Below are positions 51,507 through 63,799 of a stretch of 64,000 bases of DNA, piece after piece. Source of the stretch: Octopus sinensis (taxonomy: Eukaryota); contig NC_043005.1 in NCBI RefSeq assembly GCF_006345805.1, positions 16,988,001-17,052,000 on the forward strand. The letters are read 5' to 3'. The translations under genes and the position numbers were made by a program. The notes beneath the pieces were generated by a model, which was not told the DNA's origin, ran no database searches, and saw only the letters and a program-made list of their open reading frames with translations. Each line of letters opens with the position of its first letter. The stretch's first letter is position 1.

Positions 51507-52714
51507 TTGTTCTAACAGAAAATTCATATTTAAGTGAGAATAAACATTACCTCTTGCTAGCAATACCTCCTTTGCTCCTAGTATATATCTTTTAACAAGC
51601 TAACTGGCTAATTGCTACACCAGTGCCTGTTCAGTTACAGGATTTGCTATATGTCACTAGTGTGGAAGTGAGTCGCTGCTATCGCATATATACATATATT
51701 CATCAGTCAAACCGTCCAACCCATGCCAGCATGGAAAACAGACATTAAATGATGATGATGATATCGCAGGACAGCCTGCTGTGCTAACCTTGGATCGTAG
51801 AGTGACCTGCTGTTCTTGAGGAGACCTGTTGAGTCAAGTTCGTCAACATCAAAAAATTCGAATGGAAATTGTAGTTAAGACACCCATGCCAGTGACATGT
51901 AAAAGCACCGTTCGAGCGTGGCAGTTACTAGTGTCGCCTGACTTGCATCCGTGTCAGTGACACGTAAAAGCACCAACCGATCGTGGCCGTTTACCAGCCC
52001 GCTCTGGCTCCTGTGCCGGTGACACGTAAAAAACACCCACTACACTCTTGGAGTGGTTGGTGTTAGGAAGGGCATCCAGCTGTAGAAACACTGCCAAATC
52101 AAGCTGAAGCCTGGTGCAGCCTCCATGGCTTACCAAACCCCGGTTGAACCGTCCAACACATGCCAGCATGGAAAACGGACGTTAAATAATGATGGTGGTG
52201 ATGATATATATATATATATATTCAGTACCTGCTGTGGGAAGATTGGTGTTATGAAGGGCATCCAGCCATAAAAGCCATGCCAAAACAGACACAGTAGCCT
52301 GGGGTAGTCTTCAACCTGGCCAGCTCCTGTCAAACCGTCCAACTCTTACCTGCATGGTGAGTGGACGTTAAACGATGATTGTGATGATGATACATATGTG
52401 TATATATATATCACTATCATCGTTTAACATCCGTTTTTCATGCTAGCATGGGTTGGATGGTTCTACCGGGTGTCTAGGAAGCCAGGAGGCTGCACCAGGC
52501 TCCAGTCTGATCTGGCAGTGTTTCTACAGCTGGATGCCCTTCCTAACACTAACCACTCTGTGAGTGTAGCGGGTGCTTTTTACGTGCCGCCGGCACAGAG
52601 TCCAGCGGAGGCTGGCAATGGCCACAATCGATTGGTACTTTTTACATGCCACTGGCACAGCAGGTCACCCTACGATGCAAGGTAAGCACAGTAGGTCGGC
52701 CTATAATCCAAGGA

Positions 52715-52795
52715 TCTAAGGTAAGCGGACAGATGAATTAGACTTATTGATATGTAGATGTCCGCTTGCTGTACATGGTACAATCATGGTTGTTG

Positions 52796-52848
<53 letters not shown>

Positions 52849-53436
52849 ATTAATTTTATTGACTTTTTGTAGGGTTATATATTTTAATGAACTGAACTGT
52901 TTTTTTATATATATATGTCTGCTTTAAATTTAAATGTGAGTGTACATGTATTTCCTTGATGTTAGTTATGGAACCAGGAGTCCAATATGGAAAATAACTG
53001 TGTTTGTTAATGTATACTGATATATTTTGTTTATATTGTATTATTGTATTAATGTGTATATATATATATGTGTAGAATTATGAGTGTCTATGCACACATT
53101 TTTATATTTTATATTTTTATATTTATATGTAAATTTTTTTCACACTTATATTAAATTCTCTGAAGAGGCCGTGATACATCCTTGTTAATGTCTCATTTAT
53201 ACCTGCTTTATATGGCTAATAGGTTAAATGAGACATACTTGTCCTCATGGCCGAAACAGCTGTCAGATATGATGTAATTGTATTTTATATTTCTATTTCC
53301 ATGTCTAGTTATATTTACAATATATTATGTATAATGTCTTTGCTGTTATGTAATGGTGTAATAAAGTATTGATTGGGTATTATCTGATGGTTGATGATTG
53401 ATTGATTTAAGTATGTTTCTCCAATTTCTCATTTTG
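52715..53436 (+). mobile_element. Probable Penelope-like element terminal remnant carrying the hammerhead
   Basis: AT-rich segment with hammerhead and AATAAA, ending in a (TA)n run; its last ~130 bp recur inverted at 55656-55790. The 5' boundary is approximate. Confidence 0.55.
53146..53277 (+). ncRNA. Type I hammerhead ribozyme motif with extended stem II (Penelope-like-element type)
   Basis: CUGAAGA 53160-53166; stem II GGCCGUGA/UCAUGGCC enclosing an inner AUGUCUCAUUUA/UAAAUGAGACAU helix; GAAA 53253-53256; stem III C-AGCU-G; GUC site 53262-53264; stem I UCU/AGA, internal loop, then UUAUAUUA/UGAUGUAA. Confidence 0.8.
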
Positions 53437-53534
53437 TGTGTATATATATATATATATTATATATATATATATATATTATATATATATATATACACACATA
53501 TATATATACATACACACATATATATATAATATAT

Positions 53535-53582
<48 letters not shown>

Positions 53583-53593
53583 ATCTATGCATG

Positions 53594-53631
<38 letters not shown>

Positions 53632-53845
53632 GTCCAACCCATGCTAGCATGGAAAGCGGATGCTAAATGATGATGATGATATATATATATATATATATGT
53701 TGAGCAGTTAGTATTTTTGTATGAAAACATAATGAAACACTTACACACACACACACACACACACGTGTTTATGCTTATGTACATAAATACACATTCAGAC
53801 ATAGTCCACCAATATGTCTAACATAAGAATCATTTCTCCCTGTAG

Positions 53846-53892
53846 ATCCAACTGAACACCTATGGCTCATATTCAAATATTGATGTCGACAG
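53846..53892 (+). CDS. JmjC protein exon 4
   Basis: ccctgtag/gtaatt; IQLNTYGSYSNIDVD(R), the conserved S.VDVD segment of cupin-8 proteins; phase 0-2. Confidence 0.87.
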
Positions 53893-54040
53893 GTAATTAA
53901 AATTCTAAAATATTCTTTACAATATTTATTAATGATTTCCTTGCACATATAGACTCTTAATTGAATTATTTCTTTGTAGTACCATAAATTTGTATAGAGC
54001 TTCTAAAAATTATTATCAGATTTGAAATATCATACAGTTC

Positions 54041-54458
54041 GGATCTTTTCGGATTGAACAGCAATTTTTAAAATAATTTCTAGGTAACTAAAAAATTTTA
54101 AACTTCGTATATTGGTAGAATGTGTTTATAAAACATCTTTTTCTCTTGGCTTTATTGAGAAAATTCTATAGTTTGTAAGATATTTGTTGTTTTTTTTTCT
54201 TCAATTTTTGCAATTTCAACCAATCGATGACGTCCATTGAGGTAAAAAGCATTCTGTGCCGTATGAATATGTCCCTCGTTTAAGAAACAGATTGGGTTTA
54301 TTTACATTTGTGAAGAAAAAAAGATACCCTTCCCCCCACCCCTAACCCTAACCCTAAAAGAGATTGAAATGCAATAGATCGATTCTAGGGTCATAATTAT
54401 GGGTGACAATTTCATGTGACACCGCTAGAAAAAACTGCTGTTCAAACCAAAAAGATCC
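54041..54458. mobile_element. MITE with ~28-bp TIRs, 8-bp TSD and internal (CCCTAA)n
   Basis: ggatcttttcggattgaacagc ... gctgttcaaaccaaaaagatcc; TSD tacagttc at 54033-54040 and 54459-54466. Confidence 0.9.
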
Positions 54459-54479
54459 TACAGTTCTTAAATTTGGCAT

Positions 54480-55040
54480 ATGAGGGAGTCTATCTTTTGT
54501 ACATTCCTGGTGTTTAACGAACCTGCACATCTAACACATGTAAAGACTACTTTCTCCATTAGTCATCCAGTGATACCACTTCACCTCTTATGTGCCTATA
54601 GCTTTCACTGGGTACACCTTATGAAGTTTCTCTTGACACCTTTTCTACATACTGAGCAGGGCCATCTCCCTGAAGGGATCTGCGATTTGTCTGTTTTCCT
54701 ACTTAGCAATACTTTGATCTTTACTAAATTAACTCTAAGGCCCTTTGATTGTAGACCTTGCTTCCACACCTGAAATTTCTTCTCTAGTTCTGGTAGTGAT
54801 TCAGCAATAAAAACAAGATTGTCAGCATAGAGGAGCTCTCAGGGGCAGCCTCAGTTATAGCTTGGATGGCCATGATAAATAAGAAGGGGCTAAGAACAAC
54901 TGAACTCTGGTGGACTTCTACTTGTACACTAAACCCCTTGCTATACTCATTGGTTACTCTGACCTCACTAACAGCATGTGAGAGCTGTACATTGCTTGTA
55001 CAGCTCTCACTAACCACTCATCTATTCCTAGCTTCTGCAT
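54480..55040 (-). mobile_element. RTE-like LINE RT fragment
   Basis: VRVTNEYSKGFSVQVEVHQSSVVLSPFLFIMAIQAITE, then in another frame LLYADNLVFIAESL; decayed. Confidence 0.75.
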
Positions 55041-55785
55041 TGCCCACAAATAAAAGAGCAGGGTAGAATTATTAATAATCTTTTCTACTGGAGGCACAAG
55101 GCCTCAAATTCGTTGGGTGGGGACTAGTCGATTATATTGACCCCAGTGTTTCACTGGTACTTAATTTATCAACCCCGAAAGGATGAAAGGCAAAGTTGAC
55201 CTTGGCAGAATAGAATTAGTAATAATGAAGAATTTAGTTATAATTTTGTTCTTATTAAGTTGCTGTTAGGAACATAAATTAATTCTAAGTTTTGGTGGAA
55301 GATTTTAATTCTGAACTTTTGAAAACAAGACATTTGCAGTATAGAGCCAGGCACAGTTTCAGGTGGGTTGGTATGAGAAGGGTGGCCGTGTGGTAAGTAG
55401 CTTGCATACCGACCACATGTGTTCTGGGTTCAGTCCCACTGCATTACACCTTGGGAAAGTGTCTTCTACTGTAGCCTTGGGCTGACTAAAGCCTTGTGAG
55501 TGGATTTGGTAGACGGAAACTGATAGAAAACTGTTGTGTATATGACTGGGCATGATGAAGCCTTCCAGCTTCACAGACCCCAGTTGACCCGTCCAACCCA
55601 TGCTAGCATGGAAAGCGGACGCTAAATGATGATGATGATGATATATATATATATATACAAAATGAGAAAATGGAGAAACATACTTAAATTAATCAATCAT
55701 CAACCATGAGATAATACCCAATCAATACTTTATTACACCATTACATAACAGCAATAACATTATACATAATATATTGCAAATATAA

Positions 55786-55860
<75 letters not shown>

Positions 55861-55863
55861 ATA

Positions 55864-56009
55864 GGCGCAGGAGTGGCTGTGTGGTAAGTAGCTTGCTTAC
55901 CAACCACATGATTCTGGGTTCAGTCCCACTGCGTAGCACCTTGGGCAAGTGTCTTCTACTATAGCCTTGTGAGTGGATTTGGTAGACAGAAACTGAAAGA
56001 AGCCCGTCA

Positions 56010-56063
<54 letters not shown>

Positions 56064-56510
56064 CCTGTGTTTGTCCCCGTCAACATCGCTTGACAACTGA
56101 TGCTGGTGTGTTTACGTCCCTGTAACTTAGTGGTTTGGCAAAAGAGGCAGCGAGCTGGCAGAAACGTTAGCACGCTGGGTGAAATGCTTAGCGGTATTTC
56201 GTCTGCGTTACGTTGTGAGTTCGAATTCTGCCGAGGTCGACTTTGCCTTTCATCTTTTCGGGGTTGATAAATTGAGTACCAGTTACGCACTGGGGTCGAT
56301 GTAATTGACTTAATACCTATGTCTGTCCTTGTTTGTCCCCTCTGTGTTTAACCCCTTGTGGGTAATAAAGAAATAGGTTTGGCAAAAGAGACCGATAGAA
56401 TAAGTACTAGGCTTACAAAGAATAAGCCCTGGGGTCGATTTGCTCAACTAAAAGCGGTGCTCCAGCATGGTCACAGTCAAATGACTGAACCAAGTAAAAT
56501 AGTAAAGAGT
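55864..56510 (+). mobile_element. SINE A with nested SINE B (56147-56375)
   Basis: TSD ggtttggcaaaagag at 56132-56146 and 56376-56390 brackets a full SINE B. Confidence 0.9.
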
Positions 56511-57104
56511 ATAAGCATACGTATATAAATATATTTGACATCATCATCATCATCATCATCTTCATTGATGTAGTCACCGTTTGAACACCTGTTTTGTTCC
56601 TGTTGACATAAGGGTTTCAGTATACTAGTTTGTCACATTAGTCAATAAATACCAATTTCTAATTCAACTTTCTTGTCCAACACTCTGACATGATGTAATT
56701 ACAATTGCAATTAACTTCCCAGCCCTTGTGTTTGTCTTTCATGAGAAATTAAGTTTTATGAGCTATTTCTATTAAAAAAAAGAAAGAAGCATTTTAATAA
56801 CATCACCATCATCATCATCATCGTCATCGTCATCATCATCGTTTAACGTCCGTTTTCCATGCTGGCATGGGTTGGACGATTTGTAAAAATATATGTGTAT
56901 ATATATATATATATTTGCTTACTAACTGTTATTTCAGTCCTTCTGCATGGCATCTTGGGCAAGTGTCTTTTGCTATAGCCCTAGGTCAACCAATGCCTTG
57001 TGAATGCATTGCATTTGCTAGAGGGAAACTAAAAGAAGACTATTGTGTGAGTGTGTGTGTATGTGTGTGCATTCATATGAGTGTGTGTGTGTGTGCATTC
57101 ATAT

Positions 57105-57138
<34 letters not shown>

Positions 57139-57243
57139 ATGTTTACATCTGCCTCTAATCCTCTAACCTACCACTACAACTCCTTTTAATTAACTTTGTT
57201 TCTGAAACAAATCAATTAATTGTGTTCCATTTTATCTTTTCAG

Positions 57244-57336
57244 AATGGATTACACACAATACCCTGAACTGGCTGAGATTGAGTATCACCTTGGCAACAT
57301 GACTGCAGGGGACTGTCTTTACATCCCCTACCTTTG
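57244..57336 (+). CDS. JmjC protein exon 5
   Basis: cttttcag/gttagt; MDYTQYPELAEIEYHLGNMTAGDCLYIPYL(W), the JmjC GD.LYIP..W motif; phase 2-2. Confidence 0.92.
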
Positions 57337-57394
57337 GTTAGTTCTTGTTATTTTTTTTTATTACACACATGTGAGTGAGAACACTTTGAGATAT

Positions 57395-57930
57395 TTTTGT
57401 ATCTAACATATGTCAGATACTGCGAGCGCTGCTTCTGATTGGTCAATCCATGGTGATGACCCGAGGTCACGGTGACGGCACTACTTTTGTCATTCATAAG
57501 TTACAACTAAACTTTCAATCTGTGTTATGTATTTCTTGAACGTGAACTTGAATGTTAACAAAATGTTAAACAGTCATCAGTTATCAGTCATTTCACCTGA
57601 AAACTTAGCGCTATAAAGTCGGACTATCTTCCTGCGGCATGACATCTTTTACAGTTACACATTGTGACGTCACTGACGTGAAATCAAGCTGTATTCATGC
57701 GCGCTTCAACACGATGTGAAGAATTTAGTTTTATTGGGTTAATAAAATATGATCGTTTATTCGTGTGTAATGAACAAAATACCAAACTCATTCCCTATGG
57801 ATACCGTATTTATTACAACTCGTGGCTTGTAAACATACCTAACTCGCTTTCGCTCATTAGATACATTTACAAGCCACTCGTCGTAATAAATACGGTATCC
57901 ATAGGGAACTCGTTTGGTATTCTCTATTTA
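57395..57930. mobile_element. Crypton-like non-autonomous element
   Basis: ctgattggtc near the left end; right end is a long imperfect palindrome centred on ctcgctttcgctc, an architecture I associate with Crypton termini; boundaries approximate. Confidence 0.6.
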
Positions 57931-59453
57931 CTACATCTAACATGGTAGTAGAATGTAACCCTATCTGTTGTGCCAGCATGGAGAGTGAACATTAAACTGA
58001 TGATGATTATGGCATCTGTCCTAGTGGAGCGCTAAGAGCACCATCCGAGCATGATCGTTGCCAGAGCAGCAAACTGGCTTCCGTGCCAGTGGCACGTAAA
58101 AAGCACCATTCAAGCGTGATCGTTACCACTGTTGCCTTACTGGCACTTGTGCTGGTGGCTCGGGAAAAAACATTCAAGCGAAGTTGTTGCCAGTGCCGCT
58201 GGACTGGCTCCTGTGCAGGTGGCACGTAAAAAACACCATTTGAGCGTGGCCGTTGCCAGTACCGCCTGACTGGCCCTCGTGCCAGTGGAACATAAAAGCA
58301 CCCACTACACTCTCGGAGTGGTTGGCGTTAGGAAGGGCATCCAGCTGCAGAAACTCTGCCAGATCAGATTGGAGCCTGGTGCAGCCATCTGGTTCGCCAG
58401 TCTTCTGTCAAATCATTCAACCCATGGAAAGCGGACATTAAACAATGATGATGATGATAATGATGATGATAATGATACATGCTTGATGAAAATGAAGATG
58501 CTGGAAAATACATCTCATTAAAGCTAAAAGGAGGATGCTGCATCTCTTACCCATCATCATCATTTAACATTCGTGTTGTATATGCATATATATATATAAA
58601 TGCAGAAAACAAAGCAGGTTAATTTAAATCAATTCATTCTTTCCTTGTTAATTAATCTTCATAATTTTACTCAATGTTCATCACAGTCTTTATGTCTTCA
58701 TCCTACAAATATTTACATATAAACATGACTACATTATTTGTATGCATGTACATTAGAACATAAGACAATGCAGTGATTTCTAAATACATTGTTATATTTC
58801 ATATCTTTTAAAGGCATATGAATAACAAATGTGTGTCTGTGTGCGTGTCAATTTGCTGAAACGTCAAGCTGAGTAAATTCACTGTCTTCCATACATCCAG
58901 GTTTGTCCTTTTAGGTGCTGGTGCCACTTAAAAAGCCCCTGTACTGCTGCTGCATTAATGCACCTGTGTTGGTAATGCATAAATGCACTCATGATGGTGA
59001 CATGTAAAAAGCACCCAGCCCACTCTGTTAAGTGGATGGCACCAGGAAGGGCATCCAGCTGTAGAAACCATGCCATAACAGACAGTTGGAGTTTGGACAG
59101 CTCCCTGCTAGCCAGCTCTGTGTCAAACCATCCAACCCATGCCAGCATGGAAAGCAGATGCTAAACGATGATAATGGTAGTAGTGCACTAGACTGTAATG
59201 TGAAGGATTGGCCTGGGCAAGGCTTTAAATTACATCTGGTAGTGGGGCTCTGGTTTAGGAATCCAAGGTTTTGAGGAGTGTGGAGCCACCTGAGCCCAGA
59301 GCAGTAACACCTGTCTGGGTCCCAGTTATTGGTTAATTAGCATGTCACAGAACTACCTCTGAAAGAAGGTCACTCACAGACACCCTAATGCACCCAGGCT
59401 GGTTGAGGGCTCTTTCAGCTCATTAGATGCTCAGCTAAGAGAAAGTAACTCCA

Positions 59454-59673
59454 TATGAGGGAGTGCCAAAAAATTCCTGGCTTTAAGGTTATCACGAAAG
59501 GCCTGGTTGGAGGCCCAGCCTTCCAAGTTCCTTTAAAGGGCTTCGAAAAACTGAAGGACCGCTGCAATAAGTATGAATCTGAGAGGGGAGATATGTTGAA
59601 TTAAATCATTCTTAATTGATTCCCCTGTATTTTCTTTTACCCAAGGCCAAGAACTTTTCAGCAGCCCTTCATA
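59454..59673. mobile_element. Mariner-derived MITE
   Basis: tatgagggagtgccaaaaaattcctggc ... gccaagaacttttcagcagcccttcata inverted termini with TA flanks. Confidence 0.7.
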
Positions 59674-60933
59674 CAAATCTTGCATTCTGATAACTAATGA
59701 TCTTATGGCTCTTGTTGTAACAAACCAATTCAAATCTGAAGAACAAGAGAGTGGGGCTGGCTCTGCACAAACCATGCCTACTGTATATAGTATGTAATGA
59801 TATTCATCGTGCAGGTTGTTCAGCAAGCCAAGACATTAGCACCAGCACCATAACACCTTCTTCATAAGTCCAAGGTGATAGGGATATAGGCAATGGGGAC
59901 AGGTAGGGGATGCTATTGTAGCTTTGACCCTGCATACAGAGGAGCATGTGGGTGATGGTCACCTCAGGGTGACGGTCGTTTTTCGCAGTCCTTCACTGGG
60001 CAGCTATGTCTTGCTGCATGTTCATTTATTGATGCAATGCGAGAGTCCATCACTATGAATGAAAATGCACAGTATTGTAGTGGGACACTAAACCATACTG
60101 GCCAAGTACTATACTGTCTGTGTTTCACAATTATCAGACCTACTTTTATTCACAGTAAACCTGACAGAGAAGCCACTCCACCAGAATTCATACTTAACAA
60201 CCAGTAATAGAGTTCAGGATTTATCTCTTTGTGATTACAGATAAAACCCTGATAAGACTATCACTCTTCATATCCTTCTCACTCACTCACTCTCTCTCTC
60301 TCTCTCTCCTCCCACTCTCTCTGGGTTGATAAAATATATATATCAGATATGCTGTTTCGCTGAACTACGAAAAATAAGTGACACCCATATTTAGCTTTGT
60401 GCCATGTCAGGCCAAACATAGAAACTTTAGGTCAACTTCCAGATACCTTTAGGTCATCCTTAGCATCTCAATTTGTGGAAAATATGTTGTGTGTTTTATA
60501 TTCCAATGTAGAGGCAACACAGGTGAGTAGATTCAGCACCAGACTAGTGACTGATAGGTCTGAAGTTCAAGTACACTGTCTTGAAAATAAGAATATTTTT
60601 TGAATAACGGTTGGTGATATGTAAAAGGCACCTGAGTCAGTGACACATAAAAGGCATCTACTATATTCTTAGAGTGGTTGGCGTTAGGAAGGGTATCCGG
60701 CTGTAGAAACCAAGCCAAAATCAGACCTGAGCATGGCGCAGTTCTCCAGCTTACCAGTTCCAGTCGAACCATTGAACCCATGCAAACACAGAAAACAGAT
60801 GCTAAATGATGATGATGATGGTGGTGAAGAGGCACAAAAATAACAACCAATAAACAGATGCAAAAACAATGAACATAAACACCACATAACGGCATATATA
60901 AATATATTCACCAAACTGAGTTGTAACAGTTCT

Positions 60934-60977
60934 CACCTGAAGATCCCTGAGGCATGAAACTCTAGTCATGCAATAAA
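60934..60977 (+). ncRNA. Decayed minimal hammerhead motif followed by AATAAA
   Basis: cac-CUGAAGA-ucccugaggcau-GAAAC-ucua-GUC-aug-caataaa; stems imperfect, resembling a CpG-decayed Penelope-like terminus. Confidence 0.45.
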
Positions 60978-61364
60978 TATTGAGTTTTAATAAATCACAC
61001 ACTCTACATGTATTAAGCACTCTTCTCTCATTTGTTCAACATGTATATGCATATAGTGGTCTCAATGATAATGATACGAAACCACAATGATATTTTGGTC
61101 ATTGACTGATGAGGAAAACTTAGCTGTGAATATTCTGTGTATTGTGTCTTTGTCTATATTCTCTATTCATTAAGTTTTCATCTTGTTTCCTGTTAGCTTT
61201 GCTGTCATCTAACTTTTTCTCCTTGTTGTGTTCCGTCTGTTCAATCCTTGATATATATATATATATATGTATACATATACACACACACACACACACACAT
61301 ACATACATACATATACACACACTTTTACAAACACTTATATTCAAAATATTGTTTTGTATATCAG

Positions 61365-61538
61365 GATCCACCAGGTTCGTTCTTATGGAAGCAATCTGGC
61401 TGTCAATGTCTGGTGGAATAATTCCAAAAATCACCTCATTGATGTCAACAAATGCTTGAAAGAGTGTAGACATGATCTCAGTTTGGCAGATGTGAGCTTT
61501 TCCTTTAAAGAGGATGACGATGATCTGAGCAACTTTCA
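61365..61538 (+). CDS. JmjC protein exon 6 (distal His); gene continues downstream
   Basis: tatatcag/gtgagt; (W)IHQVRSYGSNLAVNVWWNNSKNHLIDVNKCLKECRHDLSLADVSF..., third iron ligand in W.HQV; phase 2-2. Confidence 0.9.
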
Positions 61539-61879
61539 GTGAGTATGTCTTTTGTTGGTTCTTGTAAGGGATTAACTCTAATATCAATCACACTGATTCT
61601 GAAATATTTTAACCTGATTATTGACAGCTAATCCTGTAAGTATTCTTGAAACAGATCTTGAAATATTTTACACAAACTTTTAACAGCTTTCCATGACATA
61701 TACTGTATTTTAGCGTGTATAATTTGTCAAAAATTAGGTTAAAAAATATTGGATTTTCTTATACATGGATAGTATTAGAATCCCTTACAAAACCTTTTTT
61801 CCAAATTTTAAGTCCAAAAGTTAGGGGGTTCCTTATATACTAGGGTTCCTTATACATGTTCAAATATGGCATTTTTGCT

Positions 61880-62392
61880 TACTGTAAATCCTCAAGTATA
61901 GTCTGCCCTTGAGTATAATACGCAGGGGATTTTTAGGGGGCTGTACCTCTGAAAAACCTAAACCTTGTGTATAATACGCACCCCTTCTCTAACTTGAGTC
62001 AAGGAGGTCTATATAACATCTTTGGTTTGTAAAAATGTATACGGTAACGTCCTTTATTATTGTATATATAACATAATGCAAATGTGTAGCTTTTGTGTGC
62101 ATTTTGTTTGCAGAAAATAAAGAAATAACAGTAATGACATTTAATAAATGTTGCTTACTGCAATTTATGGATGATTCTTTTATGACTTTATTGCTTTCAG
62201 GCTTAGCTTAAGGTATTTTCGCGCCCGACATCACAAAATGTGTCTGAATAAACATTGCCAGACAGCAAATAGAGACACGGACATTGCTTAGAAAATAATT
62301 TTCATTTTTAACCTCGTATATAGTACACACTAGTGATTTTGACCTTTAAATTTTAGGGAAAAAATGCAGATTATATTCGAGGATTTACGGTA
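61880..62392. mobile_element. Tc1/mariner (pogo/Tigger-like) MITE
   Basis: tactgtaaatcctcaagtata ... tatattcgaggatttacggta termini. Confidence 0.7.
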
Positions 62393-62662
62393 TGTCATAA
62401 AAAATTATTATCATTGAGAAATGTGAGATAAATTGTTTTTAGCAGAGGACCTCAAATTAGATAAAGCTATAAATAATAAGATTTAAACATTAGGATTTAA
62501 AAACCTTTGGATGGAAAAAATTCAAAAGCTGCTTGAAAATGTGGATTCAAGTTCCATGGGTAATTTTGAGTTCTTCCATCCAAACAGTATTTACACACTA
62601 TCATTTATAGCTTTGCTTTCTTTGAGTTCCACCTTTTAAAATTATTCATTTATATATCCTTG

Positions 62663-63092
62663 GGATTTTTTTGGTTTGAACGGCAGTTTTTAACATAATT
62701 TCTAGGTAACTAAAAATTTTAAACTTTGTATACTGGTAGAATGTGTTTATAAAACATCTTTTTCTCTTGGCTTTATTGAGAAAATTCTATAGTTTGTAAG
62801 ATATTTGTTGTCTTTTTTCTTCAATTTCTGCAATTTCAACCAATCAATTACGTCTATTGAGGTAAAATCATTCTGTGCCGTATGAATATGTCCCTCGTTT
62901 AAGAAAATGATTGGGTTTATTTACATTTGTGAAGAAAAAAAAATACCCTTCCTCCACCCCTAACCCTAACCCTAACTAACCCTAACTCTAAAACAGATTG
63001 AAATGCAATAGATCGATACTAGGGTCATAATTATGGGTGACAATTTCATATGACACCGCTAGAAAAAACTACTGTTCAAACCGAAAAGATCC
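62663..63092. mobile_element. Second copy of the CCCTAA-bearing MITE
   Basis: Same TIRs and body; TSD tatccttg/catccttg (7 of 8 match). Confidence 0.9.
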
Positions 63093-63799
63093 CATCCTTG
63101 TTACAAATTCAGAATATTTTTACATTGGTTTTTGAGAACAAATTATTGTTAATGGCAGGCAACTATGTACAAGATGTTTGGGCTCAATTTGATGATTTAT
63201 TACATCGCCTTTATCTTGAGAACAACTATTAAGCAGTATTGGGAAACGGTCAATGGCATTGGAGAGCATGAAGATTAAAGTTGCAGTTGAGAAAAAGTTA
63301 GCTGGGAAGTAGCTTGCTTACCAACCACATGGTTCAGGGTTCAGTCCTACTGCGTGGCACCCTGGGCAAATATCTTCTACTGTAGCCTCAGGCCGACCAA
63401 AGCCTTGTGAGTGGATTTGGTAGATGGAAACTGAAAGAAGCCCGTCGTATATATGTATATATATATATATATGTATTTGTGTGAATATGTTTGAGTGTCT
63501 GTGTTTGTCCTCCCAACCCCAACATTTCTTGACAACCGATGCTGGTGTGTTTACGTCCCTGTAACTTAGCTGTTCGGCAAAAGAGACCGATAGAATAAGT
63601 ACTAGGCTTACAAAGAATAAGTCCTGGGGTCGATTTTTCTCGACTAAAGTCGGTGCTCCAGCATGGCCACAGTCAAATAACCGAAACAAGTAAAAGAGTG
63701 ATGCAAAGAGCTGGAAGCCATCTGAATATTAGAAAAGAGTTGCCTGTATGATGATTTGTGTCAGATGTCTAAAGGCCAACACTATGACTGCTGCTCATT

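Noticed and set aside
62494-62558. Possible next JmjC exon (cattag...ATGG|gtaatt)
   Set aside because: Its open frames do not match the phase 2 required after exon 6, and the acceptor lacks a pyrimidine tract
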